Positions 20,401 to 28,787 of a stretch of 32,000 nt of DNA are shown piece by piece (the first letter of the stretch is position 1; each line of letters starts with the position of its first letter). The translations under genes were made by a program, and so were the position numbers. The notes under the pieces are model-generated. The model was given only the letters and a program-made list of their open reading frames with translations, did no database searches and was not told the DNA's origin. The stretch is from Candidatus Iainarchaeum sp. (GTDB lineage: Archaea; Iainarchaeota; Iainarchaeia; Iainarchaeales; 0-14-0-20-30-16): positions 60,001 to 92,000 of the forward strand of contig JAQTTP010000003.1 of assembly GCA_028710695.1 (NCBI GenBank). The letters are read 5' to 3'.

Positions 20401-23400
20401 TTTTGATGTAATTGTGAAATCTGGAGAAGATAAGATTGGGGCTGCAATAATAAAAATATATTTCTTTGATGGAATGAATTGGTCTTTAGAAAATACTTTT
20501 ACTGCAGGAAATGATGGTGTTGCAAAAATTACTATAAAGCCACACACACAAGGTGAAGAAGTAAAAATATCTGCTGAAAAAGAAAGTTATTTGCCTTGTG
20601 CAAAGATTTTATTAGTAAGTACTGATTTGTTTGAAATAAACAAAAGCAAGAATGAAACAAAAATAGTTTATCCAAAAGATTTAAATCCAGTTGCAGGAAA
20701 ATTGGGAATAAAAAACAAAACAAATATTGATTTTGAAGTTTATAATGTGGAATTTGTGGGTTCTTCAAATTTGGGTTTATTGATGAATGTAGAAAAAATG
20801 GAAAACTACCTTAAAGATGCAAAACCATTGTTAATTCCAAATGAAGAAACAATAGGATTTAAAATGCATTATAATGATTTGCCAGTACAAACTTTGACAG
20901 ATTCAGTTGCTCTTGATGATGTTCATGCAATGTTATCTGTTAGGCCAAAAGGATCAGAAAGTGAAATTGTTTTGGATGTTCCAATAACTTTGGAAATAAC
21001 TTTTAATAATCAGCCTTTGGAAGAGAATTGTGTTTCTGTTGAATTTACAAAAGATTTAAGTAAACTATCTGGGGAAACAGAGTTTAGTGCTGTATTCCTG
21101 AACGGTGTTGCGCCAGAAACTTATTTGATAATAGAAAACTCTTGTACAATTGAATTGAACGAAGGCCAAGGAAGTGTTGCGGATTATGAATTTGCTGACT
21201 TTTTGTTAGATGCGTCATTTTCTAAGATGGCAAATAATATAATGGGCGGATTCACAATTAATATTGAAGGTGCAAGTGATAATACAAAAACAGAAAATTA
21301 TTCTTTGTTTAAAGTTGATACTGGCGAAGTAATAAAATTGCTTTCTCCAAAGAAAAAGAGCAATGACAAATATATTTACAAAATCACATTTGAAAAACTT
21401 GGAGATTATGAATTTGGAAAGAACGGAACAAATGTAGAATTTAAATTTATTCCAAAGTACCAAGGTGTTGGAAACCAAACGATCTCTTTTGGAGAGAAGA
21501 AACTTTCAATGAACGTTTCTGAAAAGAAGATATCTGATTGCTTATATTTCGGGTTGAATACAAATGTTAATACCCAATCTGTTGCTACCGACACTGAAGG
21601 AGTGGCTACTGAAGAAGGTTCTGAACAGCAAGTTATTATGCCAATTAGTATAGACGAACAACAATATTATTTGAAAGGTGGAAATGGAATATTAAGATTG
21701 GGTTATGATTATGTTGATGAGACTGTGGGCCCAGAATCTTTGAATGCGAATTTGACTTTGGATAACACAAGTAACTTGCAAATAACTAGGCCAGGTAATG
21801 ATTATGTTGTAAACTCCCTGCCGCTTTTAATTAAGAACACTTGTGGAATTGATTTGGAAATAAAATTGTGTAAAGAAGATGATGAATATTGTAGAATTCC
21901 TGATGTAGGATTTATGCAATTTGATACTTTATATGGTGTTGAAGGATTTGAGTTATATAATACTCCTTTAACTATTGGTGCGGATAAAGAAATACAATTC
22001 TCCTTATTGAGGCCGCAGGAATTCTCCGGTGCTGTTGTACTTCCTTTGTATGTAAAAAACACAACAGGAGAATATGGCTTGGCAAAAGAAGCAAAGGTAT
22101 CAGTTCAATCTTCATTGTTTAATCCATACTTTGTGTTAAATCCATTTGTTGAAGATGGAAACATGGACATTACTTTCTACAAGAATGAATATTATCCAGA
22201 TATGACTGGTTGGTCAGATCCAATAGAGAAACAGTTATTGACCAACGACACAGATTCAAGCTCATATCTGCGATTGATCCAAATAACTCCTGGTCCAATT
22301 TTTAATTATGATGGGGACGATGATTCTGGAAATATTTTAGATTCTTTTGAAGCACTGAACCCAAAGTCAATTGACTATACGGATGATAGTTCTGATGTTG
22401 ACCAAAGTCTTAGTGAAAAAGTTGTTGGGGTTGTAGGCGGTATGATTAGTGGCGGCGTAGATATATTGTACTATATAAAAGAAGTAGAATATAATCTTCC
22501 ACAATGGGCTATAATAAAAATAATGGCAAATAGATTCCATAAAGGGTCTTTGAGTGATTTAGATGATGATGTGGCCGCAACAGCAGAATATAGAATTTGG
22601 TCAGAAAGCTTGCCAATACAAAATATATTAAATAATAAACAGATTTTTGACGGTTTTAATAATGATTGGTGTGAGCTTGAAGATGATTCTTGCTTCTTTA
22701 ATTATGAAGGCCCAGTTCAAAAAATTGCAGATATTTTGCGTGAAACTGTCGGAACAAAGTACCCTTATTTTACATCAATAAGTGTTGCAAGGTTGGAAGG
22801 AGATTGTGGTTGGTCAAATGTTATTGCCTATGCACAAGGGTTTTGTCCACAGGGGTATGAACTTGCAAAAATAGAACTTTTTAGAAAAGATGGCGGAACT
22901 GTTGATGGCAGAGATAATACTTTCTCTCAAGTTACTGAAGGCAAGACAACAAAATACTTATATGGTGGCTCTGTAAACTTTGAAGATAAATATATTAATG
23001 AAGAGTCAGATACTGGCTATCAGATGATGACTATTTGTAGGCTTCCTAGATCAGAGTTTGGAGAAGTAGATCGTGCTGTTGGGGGAACAATGAAATATAG
23101 TTCTTTTGGCAGTGGGTCAATATTTGATTCCTCAGGAATAGAAAATATTGTAAAAAGTAAGATCCAAGCAACAGACATATTTAATTGCACGGACTGCACT
23201 TCTGAATTGAGAGAATTTTTATTTGATGTATATGATGCAGAGGCAGCAGATATGGATTGTGAAATAACACCGCCAGGTTATTTTGATGCGGGTGATAATG
23301 ATGAATATGAGATATACCAGAATAATTCATCTGGATGCCCCGGATTTGACTACTCAAAAATAAACTTATTAAATGAGTTATACCAAGGCAAGGAAAATGA

Positions 23401-24874
23401 TGTAGACAATTATAAGGCAAGGACTGCGGCAGTAGTAACTAGTATAGTAACAAACTCAGGGAAAACGACATCTGGAGAACTTGCTTATGCAGCAAATATG
23501 GCTTTTGCAGGTAGTGATACTTTCTTTGGTTATATTGATGATGCATATGGTATTAATTTTGATGGGCTAATAATAGAACTTTGTAAAGATGGTTCAAAGA
23601 CAAAAAATAATGGTACTTGTAGTCATGCAACTCAATTACGTGCTAGCTTTGGACCGTATAATTATAATTCCATCTCTATAACTGCTGCTGAATTTGATGG
23701 CTTAAATTCAAACATAAGACTATATCTTGAGCCAAAGACAATGAAGAAAGACTTTGCATTCTATAAGAAAGTAAATTCATGCCCATATGGTGGGTATACT
23801 GGCCCAGAAGTAAAGCCAACAATAAATTATACTTGGGCAGAAAGTGCAATAAAAAAAGATTTCTGTGTTGTTGAGGGTGAAGAGAATTATGCAGATGTAA
23901 ATGCTTGTGATTTAGTTCAATTCTCTAAAGTGATTTCAAAACAATTTTCAGATGATATGGAACAAAAGCATTTTACTGTAAAACTGATGTATGACAACTA
24001 TTCTGAAAGTGCAATAAATTCTTTAATAGAATGGTCTTTCTTTGAACACATAAAAGATTTAAGAATCCTGAATTATGATGGAAGCCCGGTGGGAGAAATT
24101 GGGCCTGGAATTTACAATGTAGATTTAATACGTGATGAAAATGTATTGGATGTGTACTTATCATATCTGACAAGTTATGGGCCAGATCATATATTCTATA
24201 GGATGCCTGTAGACAATGTTGGTACTGGGGCAATCCCTGGAATTGGAACTTCAATGAACTATCCAATAAATTATGATGGCTTTGGAAGCTTTAGTCAGAT
24301 TAAAGATGACGTTTCTACCTTAAAAGAATATTCTGTTTCAAACCACGATTTGAAAACAATAAATACAACTCAAAAAGGAACTGTGTTTGCAGGATACTTT
24401 AATGATGGCTTGATATATTGGAATAACATGGATGTATATCTGCTGACTGCACACTTGGGAACTGACGAGAATAAAGAAATTTTGCTAACTGCTCCAGAAT
24501 ATGATACGGAAATCTATGAAGTTCTAAAATCTGGCTGGATTTATGAAGATGGTGAAGACTACTACTATGCTGAAAATGCGGGATTTGGGTTTGGAGTGGT
24601 TGACACAGATAATGGCAAGAAGTTAAAGATAAGTAATGCAAGCGGATACAATAGAACTGTAAAGAAAATATTATTCTATCCACAAGGAAGCGCGTTGGAT
24701 TTGCCAGAACAGGATGATGTAACTCTTACACAGCTTGATGTTGAGCCAATATACAGTATAACAGACATATTCAAAGGATTGGAAAATGAAAACATTTGTT
24801 ATAGGGCTTTGGAAGACGGAAGTGAATATTATTATAACCCTTTGAAATTATTAGATATAATACAAACGCAATAA
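17498..24874 (+). CDS. Giant single-pass membrane-anchored surface protein, paralog 3 (about 2458 aa with revised start)
   Basis: ORF track begins at TTG 17462, but ATG at 17498 gives MSFRELYTKIEDKYYAMLDKI..TDQIDKVMPS, matching the paralogs, with GGTGAT 3 nt upstream. Confidence 0.9.
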   Translation: MSFRELYTKIEDKYYAMLDKINQVIPIHKLTDQIDKVMPSMIFFSVFFLVIIGLIIWLIVASVGSSTITFEFYSNGTLASGEFNVTFSSEGGEQIALVKNGIAFGNYDMGDFVTVKIKEPYTFSKTYEIKSELMKIDLPGLDKLALKEAEKKNKEISIYLYDGTSGSLVKEKAIVSASCEDFSKEIEVTGNTKLAIPDNCSYVDLLATADGYLQSKKSCDTALCKIFMDKKGTTTPTTVVQSIPKNKVVVYVKDNKGTSLEGFDVKITGVESIQDVLNQAKTNAFGSYTFEDITVGNYKLYVSDPSGTLTTVSKDLIVVSGPPVIADITMEKPPLGYFNVKVNTENTGGFALATLYVKDVNDNYLGTVDINTGVEYKIGVYEKGKYIFNVIPVTGYDENYSIVTEEREYDLQSGDKKVDLVLKELKYYENTKVNLKVVKEKDDGSEEPLPNMKIIVENDEGWQIELPADKTKTDVNGSVSFILPSGVYIVHAYNYYFTGETNLQLLDTPGATELPETDAKIAVQIGKAKIKVSVKDEDGKDLTDVKVDIYMDSNFFGPMFISQEKYKEVQVEAYHSYYVKVTKEGYLNYYSPELVLKKDQLMDEKVILYNKLEHLNSDPEMIYVGAYKDQELKTKLDKIDQENEFYYVFDLVVPEFSEKLYEISGVKVTGVAGNKNLPVLESDLVLKNVFASGKTHLFSTITGTSLAEQGEDFTYTAKSFTSEFNGGSYVARMVVHLRSTDIPQIGDKLFFYYKLDIDTKQNGSFNLPIPTDAEYYELIKFLGKRELCENEVVCVDTYLDGMATSSLPGGSENKVELYSGKQNNILVNLTKGDELPTELEASKFTVFNSTISSVENFNSLKDFYVDLEDMSLVHDKITSTKPIEIDSQTAPVFVKEASINNYKINTTLKFDSKIELVEPENSKLYFNFDTTNEVEQVYVDLETMNDDEPLKLEGLPEGDLLIPGIENSFDVIVKSGEDKIGAAIIKIYFFDGMNWSLENTFTAGNDGVAKITIKPHTQGEEVKISAEKESYLPCAKILLVSTDLFEINKSKNETKIVYPKDLNPVAGKLGIKNKTNIDFEVYNVEFVGSSNLGLLMNVEKMENYLKDAKPLLIPNEETIGFKMHYNDLPVQTLTDSVALDDVHAMLSVRPKGSESEIVLDVPITLEITFNNQPLEENCVSVEFTKDLSKLSGETEFSAVFLNGVAPETYLIIENSCTIELNEGQGSVADYEFADFLLDASFSKMANNIMGGFTINIEGASDNTKTENYSLFKVDTGEVIKLLSPKKKSNDKYIYKITFEKLGDYEFGKNGTNVEFKFIPKYQGVGNQTISFGEKKLSMNVSEKKISDCLYFGLNTNVNTQSVATDTEGVATEEGSEQQVIMPISIDEQQYYLKGGNGILRLGYDYVDETVGPESLNANLTLDNTSNLQITRPGNDYVVNSLPLLIKNTCGIDLEIKLCKEDDEYCRIPDVGFMQFDTLYGVEGFELYNTPLTIGADKEIQFSLLRPQEFSGAVVLPLYVKNTTGEYGLAKEAKVSVQSSLFNPYFVLNPFVEDGNMDITFYKNEYYPDMTGWSDPIEKQLLTNDTDSSSYLRLIQITPGPIFNYDGDDDSGNILDSFEALNPKSIDYTDDSSDVDQSLSEKVVGVVGGMISGGVDILYYIKEVEYNLPQWAIIKIMANRFHKGSLSDLDDDVAATAEYRIWSESLPIQNILNNKQIFDGFNNDWCELEDDSCFFNYEGPVQKIADILRETVGTKYPYFTSISVARLEGDCGWSNVIAYAQGFCPQGYELAKIELFRKDGGTVDGRDNTFSQVTEGKTTKYLYGGSVNFEDKYINEESDTGYQMMTICRLPRSEFGEVDRAVGGTMKYSSFGSGSIFDSSGIENIVKSKIQATDIFNCTDCTSELREFLFDVYDAEAADMDCEITPPGYFDAGDNDEYEIYQNNSSGCPGFDYSKINLLNELYQGKENDVDNYKARTAAVVTSIVTNSGKTTSGELAYAANMAFAGSDTFFGYIDDAYGINFDGLIIELCKDGSKTKNNGTCSHATQLRASFGPYNYNSISITAAEFDGLNSNIRLYLEPKTMKKDFAFYKKVNSCPYGGYTGPEVKPTINYTWAESAIKKDFCVVEGEENYADVNACDLVQFSKVISKQFSDDMEQKHFTVKLMYDNYSESAINSLIEWSFFEHIKDLRILNYDGSPVGEIGPGIYNVDLIRDENVLDVYLSYLTSYGPDHIFYRMPVDNVGTGAIPGIGTSMNYPINYDGFGSFSQIKDDVSTLKEYSVSNHDLKTINTTQKGTVFAGYFNDGLIYWNNMDVYLLTAHLGTDENKEILLTAPEYDTEIYEVLKSGWIYEDGEDYYYAENAGFGFGVVDTDNGKKLKISNASGYNRTVKKILFYPQGSALDLPEQDDVTLTQLDVEPIYSITDIFKGLENENICYRALEDGSEYYYNPLKLLDIIQTQ

Positions 24875-24907
24875 GTAACAGGATAATGAAAAAATTGGTG
24901 TTTAAGA

Positions 24908-25327
24908 ATGGATATAACAATGTTGATAGGGCTAGGAGAGTTCTTTGGGGACTTTGTCTTCATAATAAAGATCTTTGCCTTTATTGCCATTCTTGGGTTT
25001 GTTAACAGATATATCCAGAGCAAGTTAATAAAAATAATAATGGTCGTGTTTATGGGTTATTTTATCCTTATTGCAAACTGGGCTGTATTTGGAACTATGT
25101 TTGTGATATATACTTTATTGGGAATTGGTGTTGCAGGAATACTAACAGATTTCTTCTTTGCTGGTCAGAATATTATTGGTGAAGGTGAACAAGAAAGGCA
25201 GATGGCCCAAGAAAAAGAGCGGGAAGAAATGGAGAGAAGAAGAATGCTTGAGGATGCACGGCCAGTATCTAGTAGTGCGAGTTTGCATAAAAGGCCCCCA
25301 ATTCCACCTGCACTTATGAGAAGGTAG
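24908..25327 (+). CDS. Small multi-TM membrane protein with charged Glu/Arg-rich C-terminal tail, 139 aa
   Basis: Hydrophobic helices (FVFIIKIFAFIAILGFV; IIMVVFMGYFILIANWAVFGTMFVIYTLLGIGVAGIL) then GEGEQERQMAQEKEREEMERRRML; 33 nt after giant 3. Confidence 0.75.
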   Translation: MDITMLIGLGEFFGDFVFIIKIFAFIAILGFVNRYIQSKLIKIIMVVFMGYFILIANWAVFGTMFVIYTLLGIGVAGILTDFFFAGQNIIGEGEQERQMAQEKEREEMERRRMLEDARPVSSSASLHKRPPIPPALMRR

Positions 25328-25331
25328 AACT

Positions 25332-25691
25332 ATGGCGATTAAATTAAATGAAAAGGGTGCAATAATAATTGCAATTGGCATTGCGTTTGTAGTAATAATA
25401 CTGCTGCCAATTGTGTTTATGCAAATCTTTTCAATTTCAAAGCCTCTATTTCAGATTATAATTGCCTTTGTTATAATGGGGTATATACGAAATGTTGGAA
25501 TAGAAGGAATACCATTTTGGACTTTGTCTGCTATTCTAATATACTTTTTAGCTTGGAAATATGTTGAGATTGCTTCAAGCTTTTATGTTTTGATGTTATT
25601 AATGGGTTTAGGATTTACTTCATCTTTGATCTGGGGTTCAATATTCTTTACTGGGCTTTTGAAAAATAGAAAAATGGCGAAGCAAGGATAA
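25332..25691 (+). CDS. Small multi-TM membrane protein, 119 aa
   Basis: Several hydrophobic helices; ATG 4 nt after preceding stop. Confidence 0.75.
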   Translation: MAIKLNEKGAIIIAIGIAFVVIILLPIVFMQIFSISKPLFQIIIAFVIMGYIRNVGIEGIPFWTLSAILIYFLAWKYVEIASSFYVLMLLMGLGFTSSLIWGSIFFTGLLKNRKMAKQG

Positions 25692-25725
25692 CTATAAAAA
25701 CAAAATTGTGTTATATAGTGATAAT

Positions 25726-25971
25726 ATGAATTGGATTCTGTTAGTTGCTGATGTAGGAACATTTAAAGGGGATGTATGGTTAGCCCTGTTCCTTTACGTA
25801 AGTATAATGGTTTTTGCATGGGCAAAAGGAAAGCTTGGAAGCCCAGAAGTAGCTATTTTGTATACAATCATAATGATGTTTTTGGTGTTTTATCAGCACG
25901 ATGTTCTAATTTGGCTTGCCTTGGGACTATACCTTTACCAGACCTATGGTAAGGAGATATTCAAGGGCTGA
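25726..25971 (+). CDS. Small multi-TM membrane protein, about 81 aa (internal ATG preferred over track GTG at 25708)
   Basis: ATG preceded by GTGATAAT; three hydrophobic helices; stop 5 nt before next ATG. Confidence 0.65.
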   Translation: MNWILLVADVGTFKGDVWLALFLYVSIMVFAWAKGKLGSPEVAILYTIIMMFLVFYQHDVLIWLALGLYLYQTYGKEIFKG

Positions 25972-25976
25972 TCTGA

Positions 25977-26315
25977 ATGGAAATTTTCTCCTTTATAATC
26001 TCGATGTTTGTAATGATGGTTGCATCGCAATATGGGTTATATTGGCTTATGATAATAGTTGCGGGTGTTGCTGCTTTCATGTCTAAGGAGAAGAAAGTAC
26101 TGATAATTTTTGTGATTTATATTGCAATCCTGTATTTCATAAAGGGCACTGCCTATGAATCTTATGGAATTTATGTTGCTGCAGTAATCATTGTGGTTTA
26201 TTTAATCTTGAATAAAGGGGATTCTGGTGGTGAAGAAGAAGCACTGGGCGGAATGGGAGATCAATATGGTGATCTTCTGAAGGGCCTTGGCGGCGGTGGC
26301 GGCGGGGGAATGTAA
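25977..26315 (+). CDS. Small multi-TM membrane protein with poly-Gly C-terminus, 112 aa
   Basis: Hydrophobic helices then NKGDSGGEEEALGGMGDQYGDLLKGLGGGGGGGM*; tightly spaced with upstream gene. Confidence 0.75.
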   Translation: MEIFSFIISMFVMMVASQYGLYWLMIIVAGVAAFMSKEKKVLIIFVIYIAILYFIKGTAYESYGIYVAAVIIVVYLILNKGDSGGEEEALGGMGDQYGDLLKGLGGGGGGGM

Positions 26316-26364
26316 ATTCCTGAAGGAATTGTGAAGGAAAACCCCCCAAAAAGACCAAGAAACC

Positions 26365-26374
26365 TTTATAAAGC
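26365..26374 (+). promoter_or_regulatory. Candidate archaeal TATA box for the 26423 gene
   Basis: CTTTATAAAG about 49 nt upstream of the ATG, between two genes with a larger gap than the rest of the cluster. Confidence 0.45.
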
Positions 26375-26422
26375 TATGTTATATTGATTATATATATTAT
26401 ATATAGAGCGATGTGAAGTATC

Positions 26423-26767
26423 ATGAAGTTATTAATTGCTTTGTTATTAGGAATATTGGTATTTGGATTGATGAACAACTCATCCCTGTTAAGTATAGGT
26501 CTAATTTTGTTAGGAGTTTACCTATTGTTTAACATAGTACAGGGTGCAAAGAGCAATGCAAGTACTTTGAAGAAGTTTGTTGATGTTAAGGAAATTAACT
26601 TCGACAATCTAAAATGCCCTGAGGGTATTGTGGACAATATGTTGAAGGATGCCGGAAAAGTTACAAAGAATATGCTTAACGGAAACAAGACTGAAAACAT
26701 AGGAAAGGCATTGCATAACGGAACTTATAATGCTTTACAAGACGTTGGTGCTCCTTTCAAGAACTAG
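26423..26767 (+). CDS. Small membrane protein with soluble C-terminal half, 114 aa
   Basis: MKLLIALLLGILVFGLMNNSSLLSIGLILLGVYLLFNIVQG hairpin of TM helices then hydrophilic tail. Confidence 0.7.
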   Translation: MKLLIALLLGILVFGLMNNSSLLSIGLILLGVYLLFNIVQGAKSNASTLKKFVDVKEINFDNLKCPEGIVDNMLKDAGKVTKNMLNGNKTENIGKALHNGTYNALQDVGAPFKN

Positions 26768-26778
26768 TACAACGCCTA

Positions 26779-26812
26779 AACCTTTTTTTTATTGGTTTTT
26801 TTTCAAAATCTA
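26779..26812 (+). terminator. T-rich transcription termination region
   Basis: CCTTTTTTTTTATTGGTTTTTTTTC-type T-tracts just after the 26423 gene. Confidence 0.45.
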
Positions 26813-26858
26813 ATCTTTAATGGCAAAAATTATAAGCCCTACTTGATAATATGTAAAT

Positions 26859-27524
26859 ATGCAAGTTAAAAGCCTTATAAAAAAGTTTGACGAACTACAA
26901 CTTGTGTACGGAGACCAAAACTTAGATGCGATTTGTGGTGCGGGGCAAATTCAAAACCCTCAACTCTGTTTAGTGTTTATGAATCCAACTGGAAGGAATG
27001 TATCTTCAAGCAAAAGCTGGAAAGGGCTAAAAGCCCCCTGGATTGGCACAAAGAATGTTTGGAAGATGTTTTCTCAACTTGGTTTTTTTGACTCTGCTTT
27101 TTTTAAGGAAATTGAAAATAAAAGTCCAGATGATTGGGATTATGAATTCGCTAACAAAGTTTATTCTAAAGTTAGAGATAGTTCTATCTATATTACTAAT
27201 TTATCAAAGGCAACACAGGCAGATGCAAGGCACCTTAAGAATGAGGTCTTTAGAGATTATTTAGAGGTATTTTTTGAAGAAATAAGTACTGTCAAGCCGC
27301 AAATTATAATTGCCTTTGGTAATCAAGTAAGTTCGGTTTTACTTGATAAAACTATTAAAGTATCGGATTATCGTAAAAAATGTGAAAACCTTGAAATTGA
27401 TGGAAATGCAATCAAAGTTTTTCCTGTATATTATCCTGTTGGGCAAGGTCAGAGAAACATAGAAAAAGCAAAAGAAGATATTAGCTGGATTCTTAAAACG
27501 CAACTTGCTGGCTTAAAGCTTTAA
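26859..27524 (+). CDS. Uracil-DNA glycosylase superfamily-like protein, 221 aa
   Basis: CLVFMNPTGR near N-terminus, VRDSSIYITNLSKA, KPQIIIAFGNQVSSVLL and VFPVYYPVGQG in UDG-fold order. Confidence 0.65.
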   Translation: MQVKSLIKKFDELQLVYGDQNLDAICGAGQIQNPQLCLVFMNPTGRNVSSSKSWKGLKAPWIGTKNVWKMFSQLGFFDSAFFKEIENKSPDDWDYEFANKVYSKVRDSSIYITNLSKATQADARHLKNEVFRDYLEVFFEEISTVKPQIIIAFGNQVSSVLLDKTIKVSDYRKKCENLEIDGNAIKVFPVYYPVGQGQRNIEKAKEDISWILKTQLAGLKL

Positions 27525-28046
27525 CTTGTATATCCCAAAGGTTAGATCCCTTACTTTTAAGGCCTTTTTTCTTGAAAAACCTTCTTTTGTAAGTAGGCTT
27601 GTTGATGCAGGGTTATAATGTGGTTTCTCTACAATTACTGCATAGATTGCTTTGTATCCTTCTGCCTTCGCATCTGAAATAAGCTGTTTTGTTAGTTCTG
27701 AACCTAAGTCTTGATCTTGTTTATGCTTTGCAACTCCTAAAAGGTCCCAGTAAATGAAGTCCTTTTCTGTCTCTTTGGAGAAATAGATTATGATTGGATC
27801 TCTGTCTTTGTCTAATTTTCGCAATGCTTTTTGCTCATAAGCCATATTGAAGCCAATAACTTTCTTGCGGTCTAGGACAACATAGCAAAAATTAGAATTC
27901 TTTATTCTGTTTGAGATTGTGCCTATCTTTGGGATATTATAATCTACAAATCCGGTATCTTTTTTTGAGTTGGCAGGAATAGTTAATTCTTTTATTATTT
28001 TTTGGATATCTTTGGCGTCTTTTGCCTTTGCTTTTATTATCTCCAT
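27513..28046 (-). CDS. GNAT-family N-acetyltransferase, 177 aa
   Basis: YWDLLGVAKHKQDQDLGSELTKQLISDAKAEGYKAIYAVI, acetyl-CoA-binding-region-like pattern, plus N-CACA GFSRKK. Confidence 0.75.
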   Translation of the reverse strand: MEIIKAKAKDAKDIQKIIKELTIPANSKKDTGFVDYNIPKIGTISNRIKNSNFCYVVLDRKKVIGFNMAYEQKALRKLDKDRDPIIIYFSKETEKDFIYWDLLGVAKHKQDQDLGSELTKQLISDAKAEGYKAIYAVIVEKPHYNPASTSLLTKEGFSRKKALKVRDLTFGIYKLKL

Positions 28047-28118
28047 GTTATAAGATGTGCATTAAAGTTTAAAAGATTAACACAAACTAATAAAAAATAG
28101 TTTTGTTTATATTATACG

Positions 28119-28781
28119 ATGTTGTCATATACTTTTATAGAGGGCTTCCTAGAAAAACACTTAGAAAAAAATAAAGTTATTGCTTTAGGAACATCAATGA
28201 CCTCACAGAAAATAATTAAGCAAATGGCTTTACATAATGTGATTAAAGACCTGAAGCTTAGAATTGTGCCTACTTCTTTGGAGATTGCACATGTTTTGAG
28301 TGAGTTCAATATTCCTTTGGCAAAGCCAGAAGAGCATATAGATTTGGTTATTGAGTTTGGAAGCTTTGCGGATAAGTTCTGTAATTATGTTAAAACTGAC
28401 ACTACTTCTCTGGTTATAGATAAGATCATTGCTAACATGGCTTCTAAAGTATTTGTGTTCCTTGAAGCAGAGAAATATGAAAATTATTATGATTTAACTA
28501 TTCCATTCGAAGTATCTACTTTTTGTATTAAACACACTTTGAACTCTTTAAGTGCTTTTGGGGAAGCGAAACTGAGAAAGAAAGATGGTAGAGCAGTAAG
28601 AACTGTTGGTGGAAACTATTTAATTGATCTAGAATTAAACAAAAGTATTTCTTTTGATGACTTAGAGTACAAGACAAGACAAATCCCTGGTGTCTTTGAA
28701 ACTGGATGCTTTTTAGGCGAAGCAGATAAAATATATTTGGTCCATAAAAATAAAATAGAGAAGAAATTGGACCGATTGTGA
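28119..28781 (+). CDS. rpiA: Ribose-5-phosphate isomerase A-like protein, divergent active site, 220 aa
   Basis: VIALGTSMTSQKIIKQMA, IDLVIEFGSFADKFCNYVKTDTTSLVIDKIIA, FGEAKLRKKDGRAVRTVGGNYLIDLE and IPGVFETGCFLGEADKIYL align collinearly with RpiA. Confidence 0.75.
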   Translation: MLSYTFIEGFLEKHLEKNKVIALGTSMTSQKIIKQMALHNVIKDLKLRIVPTSLEIAHVLSEFNIPLAKPEEHIDLVIEFGSFADKFCNYVKTDTTSLVIDKIIANMASKVFVFLEAEKYENYYDLTIPFEVSTFCIKHTLNSLSAFGEAKLRKKDGRAVRTVGGNYLIDLELNKSISFDDLEYKTRQIPGVFETGCFLGEADKIYLVHKNKIEKKLDRL

Positions 28782-28787
28782 TTCGCT

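Noticed and set aside
158-24874. CRISPR, tandem DNA repeats or a recent gene duplication
   Set aside because: No regularly spaced exact repeats seen; the three giants are similar mainly at protein level with little long identical DNA, so they are not a recent tandem duplication or an assembly repeat.
25708-25725. GTG start for the third small TM protein
   Set aside because: The ATG at 25726 has a GTGAT signal at proper spacing; the GTG extension adds only six non-hydrophobic residues.
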